This document shows positions 9,401 through 19,300 of a stretch of 64,000 nt of DNA, one piece after another. Source of the DNA: Nannocystis pusilla (GTDB lineage Bacteria > Myxococcota_A > Polyangia > Nannocystales > Nannocystaceae); assembly GCF_051105105.1 (NCBI RefSeq), contig NZ_CP185339.1; one strand, 5' to 3'. How positions within the stretch are numbered: the first letter of the stretch is position 1; every line of letters begins with the position of its first letter. The position numbers and the translations under genes are program-made. The notes under the pieces are model-generated. The model saw nothing but the letters and a program-made list of their open reading frames with translations. It was not told the DNA's origin and ran no database searches.

Positions 9401-10816
9401 ATGGCCCCGGTCCCCGGACTCCGCGCGCTCGTCACCCTGGCCTGGCCGATCGTGCTCGCACGCTCGGCGCAGTCGGTGATCAGCTTCAGTGACGCGGCGA
9501 TGGTCGCCCCGCTCGGCGACGACGCGCTCGCGGCCGCGACCACGGGCGCCATGAACGCGCTGGGGATCCTCGTCCTGCCGATGGGCATCACGTTCATCGT
9601 CCAGAGCTACGCGGCCCAGCTCGCCGGTCGGGGCGACCTCGCCAGCGCGCGCCGCTACGCCTGGTACGGCCTGTGCCTGGCCGCCCTGGCGATGATCGCC
9701 ACCATCGCCGCCATCCCGGCGATAGGTCCGCTCCTGTCGCTCACCGGCCACGCGCCGGCGGTGCGCGAGACGATGGCCGAGTACATGGCGATCCGCATGC
9801 TCAGCACCGGCGTGGTCGTCGGCACCGAGGCGCTCGGCAACTGGTTCGCCGGCCTCGGCGACACCCAGGTGTCGATGCGCGCCAGCCTGGTCGCCATGGT
9901 CGTCAACATCGGCCTCAACTGGGTCCTGATCTACGGCAACCTCGGCGCCCCCGCGCTCGGCGTCCAGGGGGCCGCGTGGGCCAGCGTGCTGGCCAGCGTG
10001 GCCGGCTTCGCGGTGTGCTGCCACGCCTTCTGGCGCGCGCGCGACCGGCGGGCGATCGACCCGGCGGCGCTCGGGCACGTCGAGCACCCGGTACCTGACC
10101 TTCCGGACAGCTCGGACGGCCGCCTCAACCTGCGCGAGTTCTCGCGGATGATGCGGTTCGGCCTGCCGAACGGCCTCAACTGGTTCCTCGAGTTCGCGGC
10201 CTTCCTGATCTTCATCAACCTCGTGGTCGCCGAGCTCGGGACCGTCGCGGTCGCGGCGCTGATGGCCGTGGTGGCCGTCAACTCGGTCTCGTTCATGCCC
10301 GCCTTCGGCCTCGGCTCGGCCGGCGCGGTCCTGGTCGGCCAGGCGATCGGCGCCGGCCGCCACGACCACGTGCCGCGGATCGTGGTGCGCACCTTCTCGG
10401 TCGCCGCCGCCTGGCAGGGCCTGGTCGGGCTGCTCTACTTCACGATCCCGGTGCCGCTGATGACGATCTTCGCCCGCGACGAGGTCGAGACGTCCAGCGA
10501 GGTCGTGCACCTCGGCGCCCAGCTGCTGGCGATCAGCGCCGTGTGGCAGCTGCTCGACGCCTCCGTGATCACCTTCAGCGAGGCGCTGCGCGCCGCCGGC
10601 GACACCGCCTGGCCGCTGATCCTCCGGATCGCGCTCGCCTGGGTGATCTGGCTGCCCCTGGCCTGGCTGACCGTGTTCGTCTGGGACGGCGGCGCGACCG
10701 CGGCGATGTGGAGCATGTGCGTGTACATGGTGTTCCTCGCCCTGGCGATGGTGCTCCGCTTCCGCACCGGCGCCTGGCGCCGCATCGACATCACCGGCCG
10801 CGGCGCGACCGGCTGA
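9401..10816 (+). CDS. MATE family efflux transporter
   Basis: 471 aa with 12 predicted TM segments. It has a typical MATE N-terminus (LAWPIVLARSAQSVISFSDAAMVAPLG) and the internal two-fold repeat. Confidence 0.8.
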   Translation: MAPVPGLRALVTLAWPIVLARSAQSVISFSDAAMVAPLGDDALAAATTGAMNALGILVLPMGITFIVQSYAAQLAGRGDLASARRYAWYGLCLAALAMIATIAAIPAIGPLLSLTGHAPAVRETMAEYMAIRMLSTGVVVGTEALGNWFAGLGDTQVSMRASLVAMVVNIGLNWVLIYGNLGAPALGVQGAAWASVLASVAGFAVCCHAFWRARDRRAIDPAALGHVEHPVPDLPDSSDGRLNLREFSRMMRFGLPNGLNWFLEFAAFLIFINLVVAELGTVAVAALMAVVAVNSVSFMPAFGLGSAGAVLVGQAIGAGRHDHVPRIVVRTFSVAAAWQGLVGLLYFTIPVPLMTIFARDEVETSSEVVHLGAQLLAISAVWQLLDASVITFSEALRAAGDTAWPLILRIALAWVIWLPLAWLTVFVWDGGATAAMWSMCVYMVFLALAMVLRFRTGAWRRIDITGRGATG

Positions 10817-10823
10817 TCGAGCC

Positions 10824-10880
10824 AGCTCTCGAGGGCATGTTCTCGAGAGCATGTCCTCGAGGGCATGCTCTCCAGGACAT
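10824..10880. repeat. tandem array of four units of about 14 bp (GCATGYYC-TCGAGR-like), filling the convergent intergenic region
   Basis: gggcatgttctcgaga / gcatgtcctcgagg / gcatgctctccag / gacatgctcttcag. It lies between the MATE stop (10816) and the DUF1963 stop (10886). Confidence 0.8.
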
Positions 10881-10885
10881 GCTCT

Positions 10886-12304
10886 TCAGTGGCACTGCAG
10901 CGCCCCGCGCGCCTGCGACCAGTCGTGGACGGCCAGGGCGTCGGCGGGGATCCAGAAGTAGAAGAAGCCACCGTCCTGGTTGAGCAGCAGCTCGCCGTCC
11001 TCCTGGGCGTCGATCTGCAGCAGCAGCCGCCAGCGCAGCGCTCGCCGGCGGACCGCCAGCGCCTCGGGGCTGCCGTCGTCCCAGCCGTCCCAGCCCCCGG
11101 GGCGGGTGTCGATCTCAACGTCGAGGTACGGATCGCCCTGGATCGAGGCCGGGTGACCGAGCAGGCGGTGGTACGGCCGCTCGTAGTCGTCGAGCTCGCC
11201 GGACTCGGCGATGAAGCGCTCGAGCGGGTTGAACGGGACCAACTCGCCCCCCTCGCCCTGCTGACGCTGACGATGGACCTCGAGGATGCGCGCCTCGGGC
11301 AGCAGTGACTCGTAGAAGAAGTAGCTGTCGACGCACGGGTACAGCAGCTCGTCGGCGACGTCGATGTCGTGGGCGCTCAGCCGCTCGACCCCCGGAGGCA
11401 CGGGACGACGCGCGAGCACGTCGAGGTCGGTGAGGTGGAGCACCCGTACCGGATGGCCGCGCACGCCGTCGGGCGGGATCGGGGCGTAAAAGAAGCTCAG
11501 GAGGCCGTGCGCGGGCAGCTCGCGCGCGGCGGCGCGGCCCGCCAGCTCGGCGAGATCGAACTGGGCGACGAAGGTCAGCAAGACGCCGTCGACCTCGGGC
11601 CACGCGAGGTCGGGCGGCAAGTCGGGAGCACCGCCCAGGCGCGTCTGACCGGCGAGATGGACCTCCGCGTCGCCGCCGTCATCCTCGTCGACCTCGGCCT
11701 CGTCGCCTTCATCGCCGCCGTCATCCTCGTCAACCTCGGCGTCGTCCTCGTCGAGCTCTTCGCTGCGAGAGAGATGCAGGCGGATCGACGGGCGGGCCAT
11801 GGCTCGCACCTCGGCGACGTGCTCGGCGAGGCCGAGCGGCTCCAGGCGCTCGCGCCACTCGGCCTCGCGCGCGGCCTCGTCCATGGCCGCGAGGCGAACC
11901 GGATCGCGGAGCGCCGCGGCGAACTCGTCGGGCCGCTGCAGCGCTTCGTCGGCGAGCACTGCTCCGTAGACGAACAGGTCGCAGGGCATCATCGCGTCGG
12001 GTTCGCCGAAATGCGCGAGGATCGCGGGCATCGCCTGCAGGTGGCCCTCGACGTACGCCAACCAGCGCTCGGGGGCGTGCTTGCGATCGTCGCCGATGAA
12101 GACCTCCTGCTCACGGACATCGAGCGGGAGGACGCCGTCGACCGGATCGAAGGTCGTCAGCCGCAGGGCCATGAGGAAATAGCCCGCCTCGCTGCGCCAC
12201 ACCGGCGCGTCGTAGCCGGACGCGAACGCGAGCTCGACGGATCCTTCGCGCAGCGGGAGGTGACGGCGGAACAACTCGAGCAACCGGTCGGGATCGACGC
12301 TCAC
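10886..12304 (-). CDS. DUF1963 (YwqG-like) domain protein with an internal acidic D/E repeat
   Basis: The C-terminal ...LLLQIDAQEDGELLLNQDGGFFYFWI... is the DUF1963 signature. A low-complexity DEDDAEVDEDDGGDEGDEAEVDEDDGGDAEV linker sits mid-protein. Confidence 0.6.
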   Translation of the reverse strand: MSVDPDRLLELFRRHLPLREGSVELAFASGYDAPVWRSEAGYFLMALRLTTFDPVDGVLPLDVREQEVFIGDDRKHAPERWLAYVEGHLQAMPAILAHFGEPDAMMPCDLFVYGAVLADEALQRPDEFAAALRDPVRLAAMDEAAREAEWRERLEPLGLAEHVAEVRAMARPSIRLHLSRSEELDEDDAEVDEDDGGDEGDEAEVDEDDGGDAEVHLAGQTRLGGAPDLPPDLAWPEVDGVLLTFVAQFDLAELAGRAAARELPAHGLLSFFYAPIPPDGVRGHPVRVLHLTDLDVLARRPVPPGVERLSAHDIDVADELLYPCVDSYFFYESLLPEARILEVHRQRQQGEGGELVPFNPLERFIAESGELDDYERPYHRLLGHPASIQGDPYLDVEIDTRPGGWDGWDDGSPEALAVRRRALRWRLLLQIDAQEDGELLLNQDGGFFYFWIPADALAVHDWSQARGALQCH

Positions 12305-12389
12305 GGGCGCATCATACCGACCGGCAAGATTCCCGCGCTCGCCCGCCCGGCGCGCTGCGCCCGAACCGACGACGCGCGCGAGGATCTGC

Positions 12390-13415
12390 CTACAGCCCCA
12401 CGGGCCCGGCGAACGCGGCCAGCAGCTCGGCGGCCGCGTGATCGGGGCTGAGCCGCCCGGCGCGGACGGCCGCCTCGAGCGCGGGCCGGCGCGCGAGCAC
12501 CTCGGGATCGGCGGCGAAGCGGCGCATCAGCTCGGCCTCGATCGCCCGCCACAACCAGTACACGTGCTGGGCCTCGCGCTGGGCCTGCCAGGCGGGGCCG
12601 GCCTGGAGGGCCTCGCGGTGACGCTCGACGGTCTGCCACAGCGCCGCAAGGCCGGCGCCGGTGACGGAAGAAGTGGTGACGACCGGGACCGACCAGCCGG
12701 CGTGCTTGGGCCGGATGAGGCGCATCGCCAGGGCGTACTCGGCGCGGGCGCGCTCGGCGGCGGCGAGGTTGTCACCGTCGGCCTTGGTGATGGCGAGGAT
12801 GTCGGCGAGCTCGAGGATCCCGCGTTTGATGCCCTGCAGCTCGTCGCCGGCGCCGGCGAGCATGAGGACGAGGAAGCAGTCGACGAGCTGCGCGACCATC
12901 ACCTCCGACTGGCCGACGCCGACGGTCTCGACCAGGACGACGTCGAAGCCCGCGGCCTCGCACAGCAGCACGGTCTCGCGGGTATGACGAGCGACGCCGC
13001 CGAGCTCGCCGAGCGACGGCGACGGGCGGATGAAGGCGCGCGGCTCACGGGCCAGCTCCTGCATGCGGGTCTTGTCGCCGAGGATGCTGCCGCCGCTGCG
13101 CACCGAGCTCGGATCGACCGCGAGCACGGCGACGCGGCGACCGAGGTCTCGCACCAGATGGAGGCCGAGCGCCTCGATCAGGGTGCTCTTGCCGGCCCCC
13201 GGGCTGCCGGTGATGCCGACGCGCAGCGCCCCGCCCGCCCGCGAATCGCCCGTCTGCAGCGCCGCCACCAGCTCGCGCGCCAGCGCCTGATCGTCGGCAC
13301 GCTGGCTCTCGACCAGGGTGATCGCTCGCGCCAGCACCGCGCGATCGCCGGCCTGCACCCCCGCTGCGTACGCCTCGACGCTGAGCCGCCCTCGTGCCAT
13401 CGCCGGGCGCACCAT
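12390..13415 (-). CDS. meaB: methylmalonyl-CoA mutase-associated GTPase MeaB/ArgK
   Basis: P-loop GITGSPGAGKST plus ...VLVETVGVGQSE... and ...ILAITKADGDN..., the G-protein metallochaperone motifs. Confidence 0.8.
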   Translation of the reverse strand: MVRPAMARGRLSVEAYAAGVQAGDRAVLARAITLVESQRADDQALARELVAALQTGDSRAGGALRVGITGSPGAGKSTLIEALGLHLVRDLGRRVAVLAVDPSSVRSGGSILGDKTRMQELAREPRAFIRPSPSLGELGGVARHTRETVLLCEAAGFDVVLVETVGVGQSEVMVAQLVDCFLVLMLAGAGDELQGIKRGILELADILAITKADGDNLAAAERARAEYALAMRLIRPKHAGWSVPVVTTSSVTGAGLAALWQTVERHREALQAGPAWQAQREAQHVYWLWRAIEAELMRRFAADPEVLARRPALEAAVRAGRLSPDHAAAELLAAFAGPVGL

Positions 13416-13590
13416 ACCCGCTGGCCGGGCCGCGCTACAAGCAGCTCACCGGATGTCCCGGGGGACCTGTCCCGAAGTTCAGACGTGCGTCACACCGCGT
13501 CTGCCGCGCCCGCAGCGGGCTCGACAGGAGCCGCCGAGACAGCGCGACTGCCGACGCGACGCGAAAGACTCGTGCGGGCCGTGGCCGGCG

Positions 13591-13818
13591 TCAGGGCGCC
13601 GCGGACGCCTGGGCGTGGGCACCACGGCTGGTCGGGCGGCTGTAGAACAGGGTGATGGTCAGGCAGTGGAACTCGCTGTCGGAGCTCTGGGTGACCACCT
13701 TGTCGACGATCTCGACGCCGGGATTGGCCTCGAGCCACTCGTTGATGCGGTCGCTGATCTGCTCGCGCTCCCAAGCCTTGGTCGCCGAGAACACCTTGAC
13801 TCCCGTAAATGCCACCAT
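13591..13818 (-). CDS. small hypothetical protein (about 75 aa)
   Basis: The ORF starts MVAFTGVKVFSATKAWEREQISDRINEWLEANPGVEIVDKVVTQSSDSEFHCLTITLFY; the sequence looks protein-like. The ATG was chosen over the longer ORF call in the track. Confidence 0.4.
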   Translation of the reverse strand: MVAFTGVKVFSATKAWEREQISDRINEWLEANPGVEIVDKVVTQSSDSEFHCLTITLFYSRPTSRGAHAQASAAP

Positions 13819-13894
13819 GTGCCTCTCCCTCTTGCAGCGCCCGGGGGGTTGTTTCGCGGCCAACCCCTCATGGGTCGCCGTCGCCGGAGGCGCC

Positions 13895-14060
13895 GCCCAG
13901 ATCTGGCCCTGAGGTATGGCAGAGGCAACGGGGCGAATAAAGTTAAAAAGTGCGCACGGGCCCGCGGGCCGCAGGTCACGGCCTGTTAGAGCCTTTTTTG
14001 TAATTGAGCATGCAATTTGATCCGTCGATATTGTGACGAACTCGCCTATATTGCCGCGCC
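13895..14060 (+). promoter_or_regulatory. AT-rich promoter region upstream of prmA, with a TATATT -10-like hexamer 12 nt before the ATG
   Basis: Locally AT-rich in a GC-rich background (...ttttttgtaattgagcatgcaatttgatccgtcgatattgtgacgaactcgcctatattgccgcgccATG). There is also a GGCCCGCGGGCC palindrome at 13926-13937. Confidence 0.3.
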
Positions 14061-15030
14061 ATGCGTGAGACAGCAGAGACGACCGCCGAACCGTGGGCGA
14101 CGCTTTTGGTCCAGCTCCGCGGCCGGTCCGACGACGACGGCGAGGGCCTCGACCTCGGCGAGCTGACCGAGGCGTCGGAGCGGCTCGAGGCGCTGGCGAC
14201 GCTGATCGCCGAGGACCCGCGCGCCGCGGGCGTGGAGACGCGGGACACGTCGACCCTCGGCAGTCGGTGCGAGATCCCCGAGCTTACGATTTACACCACC
14301 CCCGACGGCCTCGAAGGCCTCATCGCCGAGGTCGAGCGGCTCGGCGCCGACCTGCACCTGCCGCTGCGGCTGACCCCGGCGGTGCGCACCGACGACGACT
14401 GGCGCGACACGTGGAAGCAGTTCTACGCGCCGCTGGTGTTCTCGGCCGCGACGACGACGCTGCTGGTGCGACCGAGCTGGATCGATCGCCGGCCCGGCGA
14501 CCCGGAGCTCGAGCTGGTCCTCGACCCCGGCCGCGCCTTCGGCACCGGCCAGCACGAGACCACGCGGCTGTGCCTGGAGCTGCTGGTCGCCCTCGCCGAG
14601 GCCGGCGCGCGCCCCGACCGCGTGCTCGACCTCGGCTGCGGCTCCGGCATCCTGGCCCTGGGGGCGGCGCGGCTGTTCCCGCAGGCCGCGGTGGTCGCCG
14701 CCGACAACGACCCCGACGCCGCCGACACCACCGCCGAGAACGCCGCCGCCAACGAGCTCGAGGACCGGCTCGAAGATCCGGGCCGCGACCGTCTTGGAAC
14801 TTTCGGACAGCTTCGATCTGATCCTCGCCAACATCCGCCCCGGCGTGTTGATCCCGATCGCCGGCGACCTCGCGCGCCGGCTCGCCCCCGGCGGCGCCGT
14901 CGTCCTCAGCGGCGTGCTCGGCGAGGAGGCCGAGGCCGTGCTCGCCGCCTACACCGCGGCCGGGCTGGCGCTGGCCGACCGCCGCGACCTCGCCGAGTGG
15001 TGCGCGCTGGTCCTGCGAGCGGCCGGATGA
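14061..15030 (+). CDS. prmA: ribosomal protein L11 methyltransferase; apparent single-base frameshift near 14770-14776
   Basis: FGTGQHETTRLCLELL and LDLGCGSGILALGAA are PrmA SAM-binding motifs. The C-terminus (ELSDSFDLILANI...) is in the +1 frame. The string ctcgaAgatccgg looks like ctcgagatccgg with one extra A. Confidence 0.8.
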
Positions 15031-15716
15031 GCACGCGGGTGTTCGTGGGCGCGCCGGCCGACCCGGCGCGCGTCGGCCTGGACGCCGCCGAGTCGCACTA
15101 CCTCCGCCGGGTCCGCCGGGTCGGCGACGGCGCGCGCATCGAGGCGATCGACGACCACGGCGCGCTGTGGCTGGCCGAGGTCGTCGGCGGCGACGCGCGC
15201 GGCACCACCGTGAAGTTGCTCGAGCAACGAACGGTGCCGGCCCCCGCGCGCGAGGTCGTCGTCCTGCTCGGCATGCCGGAGCCGGCCACCGTGCTCGACG
15301 TGCTGCCGGCGCTGTGCGAGATCGGCGTCGCCGAGGTCGTGCTGGTCCGCTGCGCGCGCAGCCAGGGCGCGGCGCCCGGCGGCGAACGGATCGCGCGGGT
15401 GCTGCGAGCGGCGCAGCGGCAGTGCGGCAGGCCCCGCGCGCCCGCGATCTCGGGACCCGTCGATCTCCGCGAGGCCACGCACCGGCGCACCGACCTCCCC
15501 GGCTTGTTCGCGTGGGAGGAGCTGCGCGCGACATCGAGCGACACGCCGGCGGTCGTCGCGGGTGCTCGTGTGTGCGTGGGGCCCGAAGGTGGGTTTACCC
15601 CCGAGGAGGCGGCGCTGCTGCGCGCCGCGGGCTTCCGCGCGCTCGGCCTCGGGCCCTACACGCTGCGCACCGAGACGGCGGCGCTGGTCGCTGTCGCTCG
15701 CGTGATGTTCGCCTGA
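15027..15716 (+). CDS. rsmE: 16S rRNA (uracil1498-N3)-methyltransferase RsmE
   Basis: Ends in ...VCVGPEGGFTPEEAALLRAAGFRALGLGPYTLRTETAALVAVA, the RsmE C-terminal SPOUT-knot motif. Its ATG overlaps the prmA stop (ATGA). Confidence 0.8.
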   Translation: MSTRVFVGAPADPARVGLDAAESHYLRRVRRVGDGARIEAIDDHGALWLAEVVGGDARGTTVKLLEQRTVPAPAREVVVLLGMPEPATVLDVLPALCEIGVAEVVLVRCARSQGAAPGGERIARVLRAAQRQCGRPRAPAISGPVDLREATHRRTDLPGLFAWEELRATSSDTPAVVAGARVCVGPEGGFTPEEAALLRAAGFRALGLGPYTLRTETAALVAVARVMFA

Positions 15717-15770
15717 GCGCCGGCGGGGACCCGCCGCGCCGCGCGGGGACGGACCGGGAGGCCCGGGGCC

Positions 15771-16370
15771 GTGTTATGGTGCGCGCCGATGGCGTTTTGG
15801 TCCCGCAAGGAGCGACCCGCACCGTGTCCGAGCTGCGACGCGGCGCTGGACATCGGCCTCGTCAAAGACGGGCGACCGACGTGCCCGGCGTGCGGGCAAG
15901 CGCTGGTGCCGGTGCGCGTCGCCGGCTTCTGGCGGCGCCTCGCCGCCGCGGTGGTCGACGCCGCGATCCTGCTCGTCACCGCCGGCCCGCTGCACCTCGG
16001 CTTGCAGCGCGTGATCGGCGAGGCGAGCCCGGTGCGCGGCGCCTTCTCGTGGGCCGGTCTGCTCCAGCTCCTGACCGTCGACCCGCTCGAGATCCTGGTG
16101 TGGCTGGCGCCGCTCCTGGTGATGGTAGCGATCTACTTCGTGCTCTTCATCGCCCTGTCCGGAAGGACACCCGGGCAGAAGCTCACCGGGATCCGCGTGG
16201 TCCACCGCGCCGGCGGCAAGGTCGGTCCGGTGCGCGCGACGGTGCGTTTCGCGGGCACCGCCGTCGGCCTGGTGCCCGGCGGCCTCGGCTCGCTGTGGAT
16301 GGCTTTCGACCGCGAGAAGCGGGCCTTCCACGACTACCTGACAGGCACCTACGTCGTGAGGGAACAGTGA
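15771..16370 (+). CDS. RDD family membrane protein with an N-terminal CxxC..CxxC zinc ribbon
   Basis: CPSCDAAL...CPACGQ, then the RDD-type membrane core (WRRLAAAVVDAAILL...RTPGQKLTGIRVV). Confidence 0.6.
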   Translation: MLWCAPMAFWSRKERPAPCPSCDAALDIGLVKDGRPTCPACGQALVPVRVAGFWRRLAAAVVDAAILLVTAGPLHLGLQRVIGEASPVRGAFSWAGLLQLLTVDPLEILVWLAPLLVMVAIYFVLFIALSGRTPGQKLTGIRVVHRAGGKVGPVRATVRFAGTAVGLVPGGLGSLWMAFDREKRAFHDYLTGTYVVREQ

Positions 16371-19300
16371 GCCTCCTCCTGCGCCACCTCGAAGCCAACG
16401 GCCCGCTGTCGCGCGCCGATCTCGAGGCCGCGACCCGGCGGCAGCAGCTGGCCGGCGGCAGCCTCGACACCGCGATCCTCGAGCTCGGGCTGATGACCCC
16501 GCTGCAGCTCGACGCCCTGCTGCAGAGCGCCTGCGGCCTCCCCGGCGCGCCGGTGCGGCTGCTCGAGCGCGGGCCGACCCGTCCCTGGGAACATGTCCCG
16601 AGAGACCTGGTCGACATCGGCTGGGCCATGCCGCTCGCGCAGGAGGACGGCCGGCTGATCGTCGCCGTCCACCCCGACCTGCCCGACGCCAAGCTCGGCC
16701 AGCTCTACCGCATGGTCCGCGGCTTCTACCCGGTCGTCGCGCCCGAGTGCTGCCTGGCCAAGATCGCCGTCGAGCGCACCGGCTCGATCCTCGCCCCGCG
16801 CTACGCGCTGATCCTGCTCGACTACCTCGAGGCGCTGCGCACCGCCTCGATCACCATCAGCCTGGTGCCGGGCTCCGCCGAGGCGCGGGCGGGCGAGCCG
16901 CCTGTCCCTGCGGACAGGCAGCCGGCCGAGGCACCTGTCGCAACGGACAGGCAGCCGACGGCGGCCCGCGCCGAGGCAGCTGTCCCTGCGGACAGGCAGA
17001 CGGCCGACGCGCCCGACGCGGCGCCTGTCCCTGCGGACAGGCAGACGGCCGACGCGCCCGACGCGGCGCCTGTCCCCGCGGACAGGCAGCCTGCCGACGC
17101 CCGAGGCGCCGACACGACTGTCCCTGCGGACAGGTCGCACGCCGAGGCGCGACCGGAGCCGTCCGGCGCCGACACCCCGGTCGACGCTCGCCTCGCCGAC
17201 GCGCCCGCCGGCGATCGCCAGGCAGGCGACCCCGACGCGAGCCTGGAGCCCGGCGCCCCGGCCCGCCGCACCGACGCGCCCCCCGCCGCCCACGGGCTGG
17301 AGGTCGAGGCCGGAGGCCCTGCCCTCGGTTCGTCGCGACCCGGCGGGTCGGTGATCGGCCAGGTCGCCGCTGGTCGCGCGGATGCTCCTGTCCCTGCGGA
17401 CAGGTCCGCCGCCGACGCGAAGGTCGACGGGGCCGAGGCCTCGACTGCGGCCGGCGCCGTGCAGGCGGACGCCGCGGACGACGGGCGGACCGCCGCTGCC
17501 CCTGCCACCGGGGACGGGACGACCGCGGGCGCGCGGCCGGCGTCGCTGGCCGACGCGCTGCAGGCCGACGTACCTGTCCCATCGGACAGGCAGATGGCCG
17601 GGCCGCGCCCGGCGGCGATGTCCGGGCCCAACACCGCGGCGCGCGCGACGGGTTCGCCGTCCGGCGCCTCGCCGTTGTCGGAGGCCGGCTCGCCGAGGAC
17701 CGGGCCCGAGGACGCGGCCGCGACACCGCCTGCCCCCGGGGACAGGCCGAACGAGTCGCCCGCACCTGCCCTCAAGGACAGCCGCGACGAGGCCATCGAC
17801 GCGGACCGGGCCCGCCCGGCGAACGGGCCCGCGCTCGCCGCGGGTTCGTCCCCCGCGGCGCCGACTCCCGCCGGTTCGACGGCGTCCGACTCGGACGCCC
17901 ACGCGCCTCTCGCCGCCGACGAGCTCGCCGCGGACCGAGCGGCCGCCAGCAGCCCCGCGCCGTCGGCGTCGGCCCCGGCCGATGCAACTGTCCCTGAGGA
18001 CAGCAAAGGCGAAGCATCGCCGTCGCCGAGCGTCGCCGGCGCGTCCGCACCGGTCCCCGCGGGCAGCTCCGCTTCCAACGCCTCGACCAGGTCATTCCAG
18101 CTCGACACCCCGAGCCTCGCCGCTGCGGGGCGCCGGACCGAGCCCGCCCCCGCGCCTGCCGCCGCGGCGAGCCGCCAGACGGCTGCCTACGACTCCCGCG
18201 CGCCCGAGCCCGACTCCGCTGCCGCCGCCAACCGGCCCTCGACGCGGCCCTCGCCCGTCCCCGTCGCCCCGGACGCCCCGCTCATCGACCCGGGCGGCTT
18301 CGAGGACGAGAACGCCTCGCTGGCGGCGATGGCCATCGCCCCCGACACGCCGCTCATCATCCTGCCGCCGGCGACCACGCCGCGACCGGTGACCCCGCCC
18401 CTCGGGGTGCCGATCTACTCGGACACCTCGTCCGGCAATTGGGACAGGCGCACCCTCGTCGGCATCCCCGTCGGCGTGGCGCCCTCCCCCGCCCCCGCGG
18501 CCGACAAGCCCGCGGCCGCGCACGGCCCGAGCAACGGCGTCGCTCGCCCCACGACCGCGCCGGGCACACCTGTCCCTTCGGCCAGCCCCGTCGAGCCCGC
18601 CCCGAGCCCGCCTGTCCCTTCGACCAGCTCCCTGGAGGCCGCGCCGAGCGCCGCCGAAGCCGGGTCCGACGAGGATCTGGTCGAGTCGTCGACGCGCAAG
18701 CCGCCGGCCCTGCCGCAGCCGATGGTCATGACGCTGGCGCAGCGCCTCGACGCCGCCCGCGCCACGCTGGCCACCGCGCGCGAGCGCGACCGGATCACCG
18801 AGGCCCTGGTGCGAGCCGCCAGCCTGATCGCCCCGCGCGTGGCCCTGTTCGGGGTCAAGCGCGAGGGTCTGCGCGTCCTGGCCGCGCCCGGCAGCGCGCT
18901 GCGGATGTCCGAGGGCCTCGTCATCCCGCTGCCCGAGGGCGGCCTCCTCGATCGCGCGGTGTCGGGCCAGGGTCCGCTGCACCTCCTGATCGAGCCGAGC
19001 CTGTCGTTCGCCGTCGGCCAGCCGCTGGGGATCCCCTGCATCTTCGAGCCCGTGCTCGCTGGCGGACGCACCGTGCTGATGCTCTACCTCGACCGCTCCG
19101 GCGTCGCCTTCGATCCGCGCGAGCGGACCGTCCTGCGCGAGCTGTGCGACACGGCCCGGCAGAGCCTCGAGGCGCTGCTGCGGCTGCTCGGGTGGGTGGT
19201 GCCCGGCGGCACGCCCGGGGCCGGCCCGGCCGACCGTACACGCCCGTCGATCCGGCCCGCGACCCCGATCGTCACCGTCGACGAGGCCGACCCGCCGGGG

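Noticed and set aside
9164-10852. Long reverse- and forward-strand ORFs overlapping real genes (9164-10852, 4710-7769, 7522-9597, 28240-29973, 59777-60835, 40356-42317 and similar)
   Set aside because: They are antisense to well-supported genes (MATE, pgi, gspN, gspD), have a biased R/G/A/P composition, and lack stops only because of the GC content. Several begin with MLSRTC or RTCP peptides, which are simply the GGACATGTCC repeat read in frame.
11640-11780. An acidic DEDD repeat in the DUF1963 protein as a mobile or repeat element
   Set aside because: It is an in-frame low-complexity linker (DEDDAEVDEDDGGDEGDEAEV) with no DNA-level inverted repeats or flanking duplications.
15167-16366. The 5' 1200 nt of the 2156-aa ORF (15167-21637) in the six-frame track
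   Set aside because: That frame runs antisense or out of frame through prmA, rsmE and the RDD gene. Its translation there is Arg/Gly/Ala low-complexity sequence typical of wrong-frame high-GC DNA. The real gene starts at the GTG at 16367, which overlaps the RDD stop.
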